Assembly (NCBI GenBank): GCA_040387415.1
Contig: JAZKDU010000004.1
Coordinates: forward strand, 185,231 to 249,230
Source of the DNA: Bacteroidota bacterium
Lineage (GTDB): Bacteria; Bacteroidota; Bacteroidia; 2-12-FULL-35-15
Length of the DNA: 64,000 nt
Direction: 5' to 3'
In this document: positions 11,181-21,433 of the stretch, piece by piece
Layout: each line of letters begins with the position of its first letter
Numbering within the stretch: the first letter of the stretch is position 1
Made by a program: the position numbers and the translations under genes
Notes under the pieces: generated by a model
Databases searched by the model: none
Told to the model about the DNA's origin: nothing
Seen by the model: the letters and a program-made list of their open reading frames with translations, nothing else

Positions 11181-14100
11181 ATGAAAAAAGGATTTCTGAT
11201 AGTTTTACTCTTCCTTAGTTATCAGTGCTGGAGCCAGAGCAACATGGTGACTATTTCAAGTGTTGTTCCTTCCAGCTTAACTATTTGCGGTGATGCTAAA
11301 CTTTTTACCGTTACTATTTATAATCCTTCGCCTTTTTTAATTACCAACGCTGTTTTAAAAGTTACTTTGCCAACAGGCATCCTTTCGCAAGGTCCTTCTG
11401 TTACGGGAGGAACTTTTGTAAATAATTTTGGAGGAATTTTAACTGTTAATTTAACAAATATCCCAACGTTATCAAGTCGTGTAGTAACATTTTTAGCTAC
11501 AGCTCAGTGCAACGTACTCACTTTTATTTCTGGCGGGGGGGTTATAAAAAATCAGGCACGTCTTAATTATACCGCTAATAACATGGCGCAGACGGATGCC
11601 GTAAACTCTTTAATTTATTTAATAAAACAGCCCAACCTTACCATTACAAGTATTTCAAACCAATCATATGTAGGAAACATAGGGGATGTGTTTTCAAGGT
11701 GTATTACTATTATTAATGGTGGTTTTGGAGGGCTTAGCGGTTTTACGTTAACAGATATCCATGCCTCAGGTGTGCAGATTAATGCTGTAAATAAAGGAAC
11801 GCTAACCAATGTTGGGTTAACCGCTAAAGTAGTAATCGATGGCGTTGATTTTGCAGGGGTTGGGAATGGGGATAATGTGTTTGATGGTGGCGAGAGTATA
11901 ACAATATGCGAAACGGTAACCGTGCTTAATTGTATTTCGGCCGTATCTAATTTTAAAGCATTTTGGGGTTGTAGTGTAAATTTTTGCCAGGCAACGGTAT
12001 CTACCGCAAACGTTGTATTTCCGAATTATGTTCCGAATCTTGTTGTAACTCCAACAGCCTCTATGAATTCATGTCTTGGCGCAGGAAATGCTAACGCACA
12101 GCAACTAAAAATAATTAATAAAGGGTTAGGGCAGGCAGTTAATGTGTTGTTGGAAATTTTTCAGGCAACCGGTTCAGGATACAATGGTTCTGTTGGATCA
12201 AATATTGACGTGGCAAGTCTTACTATCCAAGTGGGAGTTGCATCGGCTGGTATTCCAATTGTTCCGACCAGCACCCAGGCTACGGCATCCTTAAATTGTA
12301 TGACAAGTCCGATTGGAAAGGTGCAGTTAACCATCCCTACAATAAATGCCGGTGATACGGTATATATAAAATGGAATTCATACAATTGTTGCTATAATTC
12401 CTGCGGTGGAAGTGTGGGGCAGCATTATATCAATGGCTGGAGATACAAAGGAACTTATTCGAGTATATGCCAGACTTCTTATGTTATTTATGAGAATTGG
12501 GGAAGGGTTTATTCCGATATTTATGGTGCTCTGACGCCTGATGGTGCTCCTTCAACTTTAAGTAACGGGCAAACAGGGACATTTAATTTTTTGTTTTCAA
12601 ATTATGGTAATAGTTTTCCTGTTGGACCTGGGGCTCACTGGAAATTTGTATTTACAGTTCCAAGTTACCCTTGTTTGACATATTCTAATATACGCATTAT
12701 AAGTTATAACGGGGGAACCTGGAACCCTACCACCGTAACAGCTTCAGGCGGAACCGTAACGGCTATTTTTAATGGAAGTCCTCCTTTTACGCTGACGCAG
12801 GCGGAGGTGAAGGTTAATCTCACGCTGGTTTGTTCCAGCTGTCCAAGCCCAACTGAGGTATTAACAGCCTTGGAGGTAAAATCATATTATATTCCGAATA
12901 ATACCTGCGGTTGTGAAATAGGTGTTTCCTGTCAAACCATACCGTTTAATATTAATTGTCCCGACCCATGCCCTGCTGGTATTCTGTTCAGTGATTTTGA
13001 TATGAGGCGCACCAGCTATGGACAGCGTGACAATGAAGTCGGGGGAGGGAATGGTATTCCTGATGGCGGGACTGTGGATTTGACGAAAATAAAAACAAAC
13101 AGATCGATGTTTGGCGACACAATTACCAGTATGTTTAGTGGGGTTGTGAATACAAGTATTTCTCATCCTACGCTTCAATATTGCTACGCTACTTCTTCTA
13201 TAAGCAATGGTAATTTGTTGACTTTTCTGGATGCGCAATTGCTGATTTACCGTTCGGGATCTCTGCTCGCAACCTGCAATAGCGGCTTTGTTCCAACAAT
13301 AACAGACGCTGGCACAACCAGATTGTTTTCGTACGATCTTAGTGTCCCTGCATTGGTAGCTAGCGGATGCTTGCCTAATACACATATCAATACAGAAGGT
13401 GATTCGCTTGTATTTAAACCACGATACAGGGTATCTACAAATATTAGAAATGCAACACCTCTAAATTGCTATTCGACTAATAAATTTTATTTGAGCGATA
13501 TTGCTGATCCTACTGCAGCGTCCGATAAGTATCAATGTGGAAACATTAATGGTAATTTTACGGTTATTGGTTACTGGTTTCAAAATTGGGGCGGAAGCAA
13601 TTACGGAGTAAAATCTTGCGACAACACTCGTATTAGTCAAAATTACTATTTAAGCATCGGTCCAGGACATACGAATGATGCAGGAGGAAATTTATTTCCT
13701 TTTGAATATCGTAATTGGGCACACATTAAAACACTAACTGCCACTATACCTGCCGGCTATGATTTTATTTCGGCAGAATTTACTAATGTGCGGACAGCAG
13801 GAACATTAGGAACCAGCTCTAGTGGGGTTACTCCAATAACACCAATAAATAGTAATTCGGACACTCTTGTTTTTAATGTGGAGCCCTATTTTTCTGGTTA
13901 TGGAGGATTATTTCCGTTAGGAGACGATGGCTTTTACGGAGTATTTGATGTTATAATTCAACCTAGCTGTGAAGTAGTACCGGAAGTCGATCTTCCTATA
14001 CTGCATGATTTCACATTTTCGCCAAATACTTATTTAACTGGTCCGGGAAGTGACACAACATTTTTATCCCAAATAGATGATCATGTTATTTATGATGGTC

Positions 14101-17100
14101 CGGACCTGTTTATTCAGTCACCCTTACCATCAATTCTTGCTCTTGACAGTTTGGAAAGTTGGGATATTATAATATCTAACACTTCCAATGTTGCTGACGC
14201 CTTGAATACCTGGATTAGTGGGCCTGTAATGTCTGGAATAACCATTAAAAGTGTGGTAGATTTAGGAACAGGCCTGCCGATAATCCCTATTGGTGATATT
14301 TATCCGATAGGAGTTGTAAGTGCAATGGCTACAAGAACTTTCAGGATAACGGCAGGGTATACCTCCTGTAATCAGGATAGTGTAATAGCCTATGTTGGCT
14401 GGAACTGCCAGGATGGGTATCCAACGAGTGTATCTACATACCCTTGTACTCCGGAACGAATCACTTTTACTTTAACACCACTATCCCCGGGATTTGTAGC
14501 AGATATTACCGGACCGGCAAGCGCCATACAGCTGTGTGATACAACTACTTTTAATGTGGAAGCGGCAAATGCGCAGCTGGGTTCAGCTTATCACGTAAAC
14601 GTTACAGGAACCTTACCCGTTGGTATGGATATTATTCCTGGTTCATCCCAACTTAGTTACACCCACTTAAGTCCTTATCTTACTATTTCGGATCCTGTTT
14701 TTGTCAGCGGAACAACATGGAAATGGAATATTTCAGCAGCAAACAACACTATCAACACTACAGGACTTGTTGGAATTCTGGATACAGCTTCTAATTCTTT
14801 CAATCTCAAGTTTAAGGTAGCAACAGATTGTGGTTTTATTTCTGGAAGTAATATTGATTTTAAAATTTTGGCAGATGCATCCTGCGGACTTGCTGCTGAA
14901 CCGCAAATATTTAGTTCGCCTGGTTTAGATATTATTGGTGCTACTAATCCGTACAATACTACCGTTAAATTAAGTACTACTTATGTATCACCCTGTGCAG
15001 GTAATTCAACTATTAGAATTGTAGTTAGAAATGACGGATTTACACCTTTTGGTGTTACAGATTCTGTTGTAGTTACGTTGCCCGTTGGTGTGCCTTATGT
15101 TTCAGGCTCTTTTTCAGGAATTCATAACGCACCAAGTAATGGAACACCTTCTATTAAATACGTAAGCGGGTTAACGTACTTAACCTGGAAGCTGCCACCT
15201 GGTGTAATTACAGGCGACAGTGCTGTGTTTACTTTTGAATATGTCGGGGATCCGAACTCATTATCATGCGGTATTATATTTTTTGACGCAGTGAGTTATA
15301 GTGTCAGCACAGTTGTTTGTGTTGCTACGGGTAATACGTGTGTAACCAATATTGTTACCGGAGATACATCTCTGGCCGTTTTTACGTATAAGGCTTATCT
15401 TTATCTTAGTAACGGTTATGGTACGACAGTGCCAAATCCTCCGGGAGGAGAAACAGTGACACTAAGCTATGATATAACAAATACAGGACAGGCTATTTTA
15501 ACAGATGCAGATTCCATTGTACAGTTTTATTTTGACACCAATAGTAATGGAATATATGATATAAGCGATGCGTTTTTGTATGCCGACACCCTGATAATAC
15601 CTAAAGACAGCACTGTTCGGTTCTCGTCAACATTTGATGTTCCTGCAGGCCAGGGTTGCTCAATTATTGCTAAAATAGATCCTTTTGTTAACGCTTGTGT
15701 TTGTAATCCTTCAGAATTGCAGATTGCTCCATTACGTTTAATTAGTTTAGGAAACGATACTACCATTTGTTCCGTTAATACAATGGTAATGAGTGCACCT
15801 CCCGTTACGGGTTATACTTATACCTGGACTCCTGCAACTGATTTAAGCAGTGCAAGTATATCCAATCCGGTTTTAACAGCGTCCAATGGGACAACAGCAC
15901 CGGTTTCAACTACCTATTTTCTTGCAACAAACAGAATAGGCTGTACTTCAACCGATACGATAATAATAACAGTGAACCCATTACCTTTTGCAGCTATTGC
16001 AGGAACCACAAGTGTTTGTGTAAACGCAGTAGCTCCGGATATCACCTTTACGGGTTCTGGTTCTACCCCGCCTTATACATTTACATATTCAATTAATGGA
16101 GCTCCCGATCTTACTGTAACCAGTGCAGGAAATACAGCAACCGTGGCAGCTCCAACAACTGTTGCGGGAACTTATATATATAATCTGATTAGTGTAGTGG
16201 ATGCCAGCTCAACCACCTGCAGTCAGGCTCAGACCGGAAGCGCAACGATAACGGTTAACCCTTTGCCTACAGCAACTGTTGCTAATTTGGGATCAACGGC
16301 AGCTTGTGAAGGCGCTTCACAACCAACTTTTGTATTTAAAGGAACCGGAGGTACAGCCCCTTATACCATTACTTATACTATCAATGGCGGTACAAACCAA
16401 ACAGCAACTACTGCTGCCGGTGATAGTGTTGTCGTTTCAGTATCTACAGCTGTTCCAGGAGCTTATGTATATGCACTTGTGAGTGTGCAGGATGTAAGTT
16501 CCACAACCTGCTTTAATACGCAGTCAGGAAATGCTACCGTAACAATAAACCCGCTACCAACTGCTACTATTGAAGGATCGGTTTATATATGTAAGGGCGC
16601 TAATTCACCCGACATTATTTTTGTAGGCGCTACCGGTACGCCACCTTATACATTTACCTATACAATAAATGGAGGTTCTAATCAAACAGTAAGCACCTCT
16701 GGCGGGGATACTGCAAGAGTGCCCGTTTCAACAGTAATTGATGGTACATTTGTATATACATTGGTAAGTGTAATTGATGCGAGTTCAACCACCTGCTCAC
16801 AACTTCAGGGAGGTACAGCAACCGTTGTAGTAGAACCACTGCCCACCGCTACTCTTACCGGAACAATTACAGTGTGTCAAACTGCTGCAGCACAAATTAC
16901 ATTTAAAGGGTTTGGAGGGGTTCCACCGTATACTTTCCTTTATGATTTGAATGGGGTTGTCCAACCAACAGTTACAACAACTGCAGGTTTAGACAGCCTT
17001 ATATTGCCAGTACCTACTTCTGCTACCGGAGTGTTTAACTATTCATTAATAAGCGTTCAGGATGCAAATATTATATCATGTACACATCCGCAAACGGGAG

Positions 17101-19193
17101 ATGCTATAATAACGGTTGATCCTAAGCCGGTAGCTGATTTTTCCTTTACTAACGTGTGTCATGGAAATGCAACAGTTTTCAGCGATAGCTCTGTTACTGC
17201 GTACGGTACAATAACCAATTGGACATGGGATTTTGGCGATAGCACTGCGGTAAATATATTATCCGACCCTTCTTATATTTATCCATATGCGGGTATTCAT
17301 ACTACTACTTTGTATATTGTTAATAATTTTGCTTGTAAAGATACTATAACGCAGCCTGTTCAGGTGTATTACAATCCGGTAGTTAGTTTTACTCATAATA
17401 ATGAATGTTTTGGAGATACGATACATTTTACAAACACTTCATCTGTTCATATGTCCACCACCATTTCCAGCTATTTGTGGGTTTTTGGGGATGGCAGTTC
17501 AACAAGTAATTTAACTAATCCTGTTCATTATTATTCAAATCCGGGAACATATAATGTTACATTGGTTGCCACCACAGCAAATAATTGTTCCGGTGTAGCG
17601 AACAATCCTGTAAAAGCTTTTGATCCGCCAACATCCGCCTTTACCTTTACAAATACCTGTTTGCTTGATTCAGCGGTATTTACAAACACTTCTACAAATC
17701 CGGTGTTTGTAAGCGGTACCATTTCAAGTTGGTCATGGGACTTTGGAGATAGCACACCTTTAAATACTACTATCTATAATCCGCATCATTTGTATGCGGC
17801 ACCAGGAGTATATCAGGTAACGTTAATTACTCATTCATCTAACCTTGGTTGTCCGGATACGATTACACATCCAATTACCGTATACCCTATGCCGGTAGCT
17901 GATTTTAGTTTTATGGATGTATGTTTAAACCAAACTATGAGTTTTTATGATTCCTCAGATGTTTCGGTTGGTACCATATCGGCATGGACCTGGGATTTTG
18001 GTGATGTAAGTTCTGATGATAACACACAAAATCCCACTCACTTATACGCCAACCCTGGTACATATATCGTAACCTTTGCTTCATCCAGTAGTAACGGTTG
18101 CTGGGACACAGTTCAAAAAAGTGTGGTAGTGCATCCATTGCCTGCGGTAGATTTTAGTGCGATAAATGTTTGTGATGGAAGTACGATGTATTTTTATGAT
18201 TCAACAACTATTTTATTAACAGATACACTTAATTCATGGGCATGGGATTTTGGAGATAGCAGCGCTGTTAGTAACAGTCAGAATACATCGCATTTATATG
18301 CTGCTCCAGGTCCTTATAATGTTCAGCTCACAGTTACTTCAAATTTTGGGTGTGTGCAATCGTACACTAACGTTCGGATTGTAAATCCAAATCCTGTTGT
18401 TGATTTTATGGCAAGTGATACTGCCGGTTGTGAGCCATTGTGCGTTTATTTGTATGATTCGTCAACTGTTATTACAGGTACCAATGTAGCCTGGTTATGG
18501 ACTTTTGGTGACAGCACATCAACAAGTTCGGATAAAAATTCTATTCATTGCTATTACAACGACTCTGTATTCGCAACTGTAAATTATAACGTTACTTTGA
18601 CAGTAAATTCGGACAGCGGGTGTGTAAGTACCCTAACTGTGGCCGACTATATTACAGTATATCCTAAACCGGAAGCTGACTTTTCTGTAGCTCCTTCAAC
18701 GGCAACCATTATAAACCCTGTGATTGAAATAACTGATTTATCCATTGGAACAGATTTCTGGACTTGGGATTTTGGTGATTCAGATTCCTCTTTTGTACAT
18801 AACACACCACCGCATGAATATGCAGATACCGGTGCATTTGTAATAACCCTAACAACCTCCACACAATTCGGTTGTTTGGATACCGCGTATCAGAATATTA
18901 CTATTGAGCCAGATTTTACTTTTTATGTCCCAAGTGCATTTACACCTAACGATGATGGTATGAATGATACCTTTACGGGGAAAGGGATTTTTATTAAAGA
19001 ATTTGAAATGATGATATTTGACCGTTGGGGAAATTTGGTATTCTTTTCTAACAGTTTTAATAAACCTTGGGATGGTAAAGCAAATCACGGCAGTCAATTG
19101 GCACAAAGGGATGTGTATGTTTATGTGATTAAGGTTGTTGATATAAAAGGCCTGGAGCATAACTACAAAGGTACTGTAACGCTTACGCGATAG
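11181..19193 (+). CDS. giant adhesin-like paralog (about 2670 aa): shared N-terminal module, 6 Ig-like repeats, about 9 PKD domains, T9SS type-B C-terminal domain. Start trimmed to MKKGFLIVLLF.
   Basis: Signal peptide MKKGFLIVLLFLSYQCWSQ. The N-terminal about 1000 aa align with the upstream giant protein (SNMVTISSVVPSSLTICG vs SGSVTISQNVPTSVTVCG, and the shared ...FPFEYR.WA.I.T... motifs). There are six ~95-aa repeats (PLPTATI.G...C.G...P...F.G.GGT.PYTFTYTINGG...). There are about nine PKD-type repeats with W.WDFGD. The C-terminus FYVPSAFTPNDDGMNDTF...IFDRWGNLVF...WDGK...VYVYVI fits the type-B CTD. Confidence 0.85.
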   Translation: MKKGFLIVLLFLSYQCWSQSNMVTISSVVPSSLTICGDAKLFTVTIYNPSPFLITNAVLKVTLPTGILSQGPSVTGGTFVNNFGGILTVNLTNIPTLSSRVVTFLATAQCNVLTFISGGGVIKNQARLNYTANNMAQTDAVNSLIYLIKQPNLTITSISNQSYVGNIGDVFSRCITIINGGFGGLSGFTLTDIHASGVQINAVNKGTLTNVGLTAKVVIDGVDFAGVGNGDNVFDGGESITICETVTVLNCISAVSNFKAFWGCSVNFCQATVSTANVVFPNYVPNLVVTPTASMNSCLGAGNANAQQLKIINKGLGQAVNVLLEIFQATGSGYNGSVGSNIDVASLTIQVGVASAGIPIVPTSTQATASLNCMTSPIGKVQLTIPTINAGDTVYIKWNSYNCCYNSCGGSVGQHYINGWRYKGTYSSICQTSYVIYENWGRVYSDIYGALTPDGAPSTLSNGQTGTFNFLFSNYGNSFPVGPGAHWKFVFTVPSYPCLTYSNIRIISYNGGTWNPTTVTASGGTVTAIFNGSPPFTLTQAEVKVNLTLVCSSCPSPTEVLTALEVKSYYIPNNTCGCEIGVSCQTIPFNINCPDPCPAGILFSDFDMRRTSYGQRDNEVGGGNGIPDGGTVDLTKIKTNRSMFGDTITSMFSGVVNTSISHPTLQYCYATSSISNGNLLTFLDAQLLIYRSGSLLATCNSGFVPTITDAGTTRLFSYDLSVPALVASGCLPNTHINTEGDSLVFKPRYRVSTNIRNATPLNCYSTNKFYLSDIADPTAASDKYQCGNINGNFTVIGYWFQNWGGSNYGVKSCDNTRISQNYYLSIGPGHTNDAGGNLFPFEYRNWAHIKTLTATIPAGYDFISAEFTNVRTAGTLGTSSSGVTPITPINSNSDTLVFNVEPYFSGYGGLFPLGDDGFYGVFDVIIQPSCEVVPEVDLPILHDFTFSPNTYLTGPGSDTTFLSQIDDHVIYDGPDLFIQSPLPSILALDSLESWDIIISNTSNVADALNTWISGPVMSGITIKSVVDLGTGLPIIPIGDIYPIGVVSAMATRTFRITAGYTSCNQDSVIAYVGWNCQDGYPTSVSTYPCTPERITFTLTPLSPGFVADITGPASAIQLCDTTTFNVEAANAQLGSAYHVNVTGTLPVGMDIIPGSSQLSYTHLSPYLTISDPVFVSGTTWKWNISAANNTINTTGLVGILDTASNSFNLKFKVATDCGFISGSNIDFKILADASCGLAAEPQIFSSPGLDIIGATNPYNTTVKLSTTYVSPCAGNSTIRIVVRNDGFTPFGVTDSVVVTLPVGVPYVSGSFSGIHNAPSNGTPSIKYVSGLTYLTWKLPPGVITGDSAVFTFEYVGDPNSLSCGIIFFDAVSYSVSTVVCVATGNTCVTNIVTGDTSLAVFTYKAYLYLSNGYGTTVPNPPGGETVTLSYDITNTGQAILTDADSIVQFYFDTNSNGIYDISDAFLYADTLIIPKDSTVRFSSTFDVPAGQGCSIIAKIDPFVNACVCNPSELQIAPLRLISLGNDTTICSVNTMVMSAPPVTGYTYTWTPATDLSSASISNPVLTASNGTTAPVSTTYFLATNRIGCTSTDTIIITVNPLPFAAIAGTTSVCVNAVAPDITFTGSGSTPPYTFTYSINGAPDLTVTSAGNTATVAAPTTVAGTYIYNLISVVDASSTTCSQAQTGSATITVNPLPTATVANLGSTAACEGASQPTFVFKGTGGTAPYTITYTINGGTNQTATTAAGDSVVVSVSTAVPGAYVYALVSVQDVSSTTCFNTQSGNATVTINPLPTATIEGSVYICKGANSPDIIFVGATGTPPYTFTYTINGGSNQTVSTSGGDTARVPVSTVIDGTFVYTLVSVIDASSTTCSQLQGGTATVVVEPLPTATLTGTITVCQTAAAQITFKGFGGVPPYTFLYDLNGVVQPTVTTTAGLDSLILPVPTSATGVFNYSLISVQDANIISCTHPQTGDAIITVDPKPVADFSFTNVCHGNATVFSDSSVTAYGTITNWTWDFGDSTAVNILSDPSYIYPYAGIHTTTLYIVNNFACKDTITQPVQVYYNPVVSFTHNNECFGDTIHFTNTSSVHMSTTISSYLWVFGDGSSTSNLTNPVHYYSNPGTYNVTLVATTANNCSGVANNPVKAFDPPTSAFTFTNTCLLDSAVFTNTSTNPVFVSGTISSWSWDFGDSTPLNTTIYNPHHLYAAPGVYQVTLITHSSNLGCPDTITHPITVYPMPVADFSFMDVCLNQTMSFYDSSDVSVGTISAWTWDFGDVSSDDNTQNPTHLYANPGTYIVTFASSSSNGCWDTVQKSVVVHPLPAVDFSAINVCDGSTMYFYDSTTILLTDTLNSWAWDFGDSSAVSNSQNTSHLYAAPGPYNVQLTVTSNFGCVQSYTNVRIVNPNPVVDFMASDTAGCEPLCVYLYDSSTVITGTNVAWLWTFGDSTSTSSDKNSIHCYYNDSVFATVNYNVTLTVNSDSGCVSTLTVADYITVYPKPEADFSVAPSTATIINPVIEITDLSIGTDFWTWDFGDSDSSFVHNTPPHEYADTGAFVITLTTSTQFGCLDTAYQNITIEPDFTFYVPSAFTPNDDGMNDTFTGKGIFIKEFEMMIFDRWGNLVFFSNSFNKPWDGKANHGSQLAQRDVYVYVIKVVDIKGLEHNYKGTVTLTR
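11535..11541 (+). repeat. G7 homopolymer inside the 5' coding region of giant adhesin 2
   Basis: ggc ggg ggg gtt encodes SGGGV. There are seven consecutive G in an otherwise AT-rich gene. Confidence 0.6.
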
Positions 19194-19453
19194 AGATTGC
19201 ATCTTTATTAGCCTAGATAACCCCAGCTTATAAAAATTTGTATTTTCTTCATTGGTTAGGGACAATAGAAAATTAGTAAACTTCTCATACTCATCATAGC
19301 CAAATACAACATTTTCTCTTCTTTAATCTCATTCTTGGTTGGGCTGGTGTAAAAGTAGTTGATAAGATAGGTAAATGTCATATCAATATGTAGCACCTTA
19401 TTATTAATTTTATAGCGATATTATACTAATTCTTCAAAACCAATATTTTAATT

Positions 19454-20836
19454 ATGTCAAAAGCATTAGAAGCATTTTTATCTGCATCGGAAATAAAAAC
19501 ATTTGACGTTTCGCACCGAAAAACAATTGAATATAACATTGAGCAGTATGATAAAAAAGTTGTTGAAGGAAAAGAGCAATTTAGCAATCTAGAGCTTGCT
19601 AAAACCAGAATGGCAGCTATCAAACAAAAATCGACCGAAAATCTTGAGAAATATTTAATAGAGTTTGAATCGAATTTCCATAAACGCGGTGGTAAAGTGA
19701 TCTGGGCTGTTGATGCGGAAGAAGCCGTGAAAGAGGCATTGCAAATCATTCAAAAAGCAAAAGCCAAAACGGTAGTAAAAACCAAATCGATGGTTTCGGA
19801 GGAGGTGTTTTTTAAGGAAGCATTAATTAAAAATGGAATAGAAGGGATTGAAACAGATTTAGGAGAGTATATAGTGCAGTTGCGCAAGGAAAGACCCTAT
19901 CATACGGTAACTCCGGCAATGCACCTTTCTAAGGAAGACGTAGCGAAAACCTTTAATGAAAAAAAGGGTACTCCGCTTGACTGGAGTCCTGAACATATTA
20001 CAGAATTTGTTCGTCAGGAATTACGCGAAAAATATACAAAAGCGGAAGTAGGGGTAAGCGGAGCAAATTTTTTAATTGCAGATATCGGTGCCATTGCGGT
20101 AACCGAGAACGAAGGGAACGGTTTGATGTCAATGGCCTTTCCAAAAATCCATATTGCTATTGTTGGAATTGAAAAAATTATTCCATCTATTGCAGATCTG
20201 GACCTGTTTTGGCCAATGCTTTCAACGTACGGAACAGGACAAAATTTAACCGTTTACAATACTATTTATACCGGACCCAAACAAAGTGAAGAAATTGATG
20301 GCCCTCAGGAAATGTATGTAATACTATTAGATAATGGACGTTCAACCATCTTGGAAAAAACGGAACAGAGACAAGCATTGTCTTGTATAGGGTGCGGTGC
20401 CTGTTCAAATGTTTGTCCTGTTTACCAAACTATTGGAGGGCATGCGTATGGTACCACGTATAGCGGCCCTATAGGTTCTATTATAGCCCCACATTTAAAG
20501 GGTATGGAGGAGTTCAAGCATTTAAGTTATGCATCTACATTATGTGGTAAGTGTACTGAAGTGTGTCCTGTAAAAATTGATCTTCACAAACTGTTATTGC
20601 TAAATCGAAGGGATGCCGTTGAACAAGGATTAACTACAAAAACGGATAACTGGATATGGCATTTTTGGAAAAGGGCTATGCTGAAACGCACTAAAATGGA
20701 TAAAGGCGGAGCAAAGTTGAAAAACTTTATGCTGAAGCAGTTTTTTAAAAAACCTTGGGGCGAACGCAGAGAGTTGCCTCAGGCAGCAGCTAAATCTTTT
20801 AACCAGATATGGAGAGAAAGAAAAGGAATAAAATAG
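19454..20836 (+). CDS. LutB/LldF-family lactate-utilization protein B-like iron-sulfur protein (LUD domain plus 2x 4Fe-4S motif)
   Basis: CIGCGACSNVCPVYQTIGGHAYGTTYSGPIGSI and CGKCTEVCPVKIDLHKLLL are the paired ferredoxin-type cluster motifs typical of LutB. No lutA or lutC gene is adjacent. Confidence 0.7.
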   Translation: MSKALEAFLSASEIKTFDVSHRKTIEYNIEQYDKKVVEGKEQFSNLELAKTRMAAIKQKSTENLEKYLIEFESNFHKRGGKVIWAVDAEEAVKEALQIIQKAKAKTVVKTKSMVSEEVFFKEALIKNGIEGIETDLGEYIVQLRKERPYHTVTPAMHLSKEDVAKTFNEKKGTPLDWSPEHITEFVRQELREKYTKAEVGVSGANFLIADIGAIAVTENEGNGLMSMAFPKIHIAIVGIEKIIPSIADLDLFWPMLSTYGTGQNLTVYNTIYTGPKQSEEIDGPQEMYVILLDNGRSTILEKTEQRQALSCIGCGACSNVCPVYQTIGGHAYGTTYSGPIGSIIAPHLKGMEEFKHLSYASTLCGKCTEVCPVKIDLHKLLLLNRRDAVEQGLTTKTDNWIWHFWKRAMLKRTKMDKGGAKLKNFMLKQFFKKPWGERRELPQAAAKSFNQIWRERKGIK

Positions 20837-20898
20837 ATAGTTGATATATCCTTTTCTTTTACAAAGTCTATTCAGATTGCAACTCCTCAAATTTTAAT

Positions 20899-21327
20899 AT
20901 GATAACTTTTCAGACAGAAGATTTTAAATTCACTTTAAAAAACAAAACGCTTCTAAAACAATGGATAACATCCGTTGTAGTTAAAAAAAAGCGTAAAGTG
21001 GGGGAAATGACTTTCGTATTTTGTTCGGATGCGTATTTATTGAATATTAATAAGCAGTACCTGAATCACGATACTTATACGGATATTATCACCTTTGATT
21101 ATTCAAAGGAAGACAGTAAACAGCCTATTAGCGGTGATATATTTATAAGTTTAGATCGTATAAAAGAAAACGCGGAAAAGTATTCAAAATCGTTCGAAAA
21201 CGAATTGAATCGGGTAATTATCCATGGTACTTTGCATCTTTTAGGCTATACAGATAAAACGAAAATTTCAAAAGCTGAAATGACTACCCAGGAAGATCTT
21301 TGTTTAAAATTACTTTCCAAAATGTAA
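20899..21327 (+). CDS. ybeY: rRNA maturation RNase YbeY
   Basis: 142 aa. Contains the zinc-binding motif IIHGTLHLLGYTDKT (H..H.LLG.D pattern) diagnostic of YbeY. Confidence 0.85.
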   Translation: MITFQTEDFKFTLKNKTLLKQWITSVVVKKKRKVGEMTFVFCSDAYLLNINKQYLNHDTYTDIITFDYSKEDSKQPISGDIFISLDRIKENAEKYSKSFENELNRVIIHGTLHLLGYTDKTKISKAEMTTQEDLCLKLLSKM

Positions 21328-21380
21328 GGTGTTTACTATCCTTTAGCATTCGCCCCTCCGCTAAATTTTAATAAGCAAAA

Positions 21381-21414
21381 AACGCCCATTCTTATTAAGA
21401 GTGGGCGTTTTTTG
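21381..21414. terminator. bidirectional rho-independent terminator between the convergent ybeY and beta-helix cargo genes
   Basis: aacgcccattctt-atta-agagtgggcgtt forms a 10-bp stem with one G-U pair, followed by tttttgtatt. There is an A-run on the other side. Confidence 0.6.
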
Positions 21415-21433
21415 TATTCGGATTTTTAATACC

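Noticed and set aside
18849-19265. 138-aa minus-strand ORF spanning the 3' end of giant adhesin 2
   Set aside because: It overlaps the well-supported type-B CTD coding region in antisense. It has no features of a real gene.
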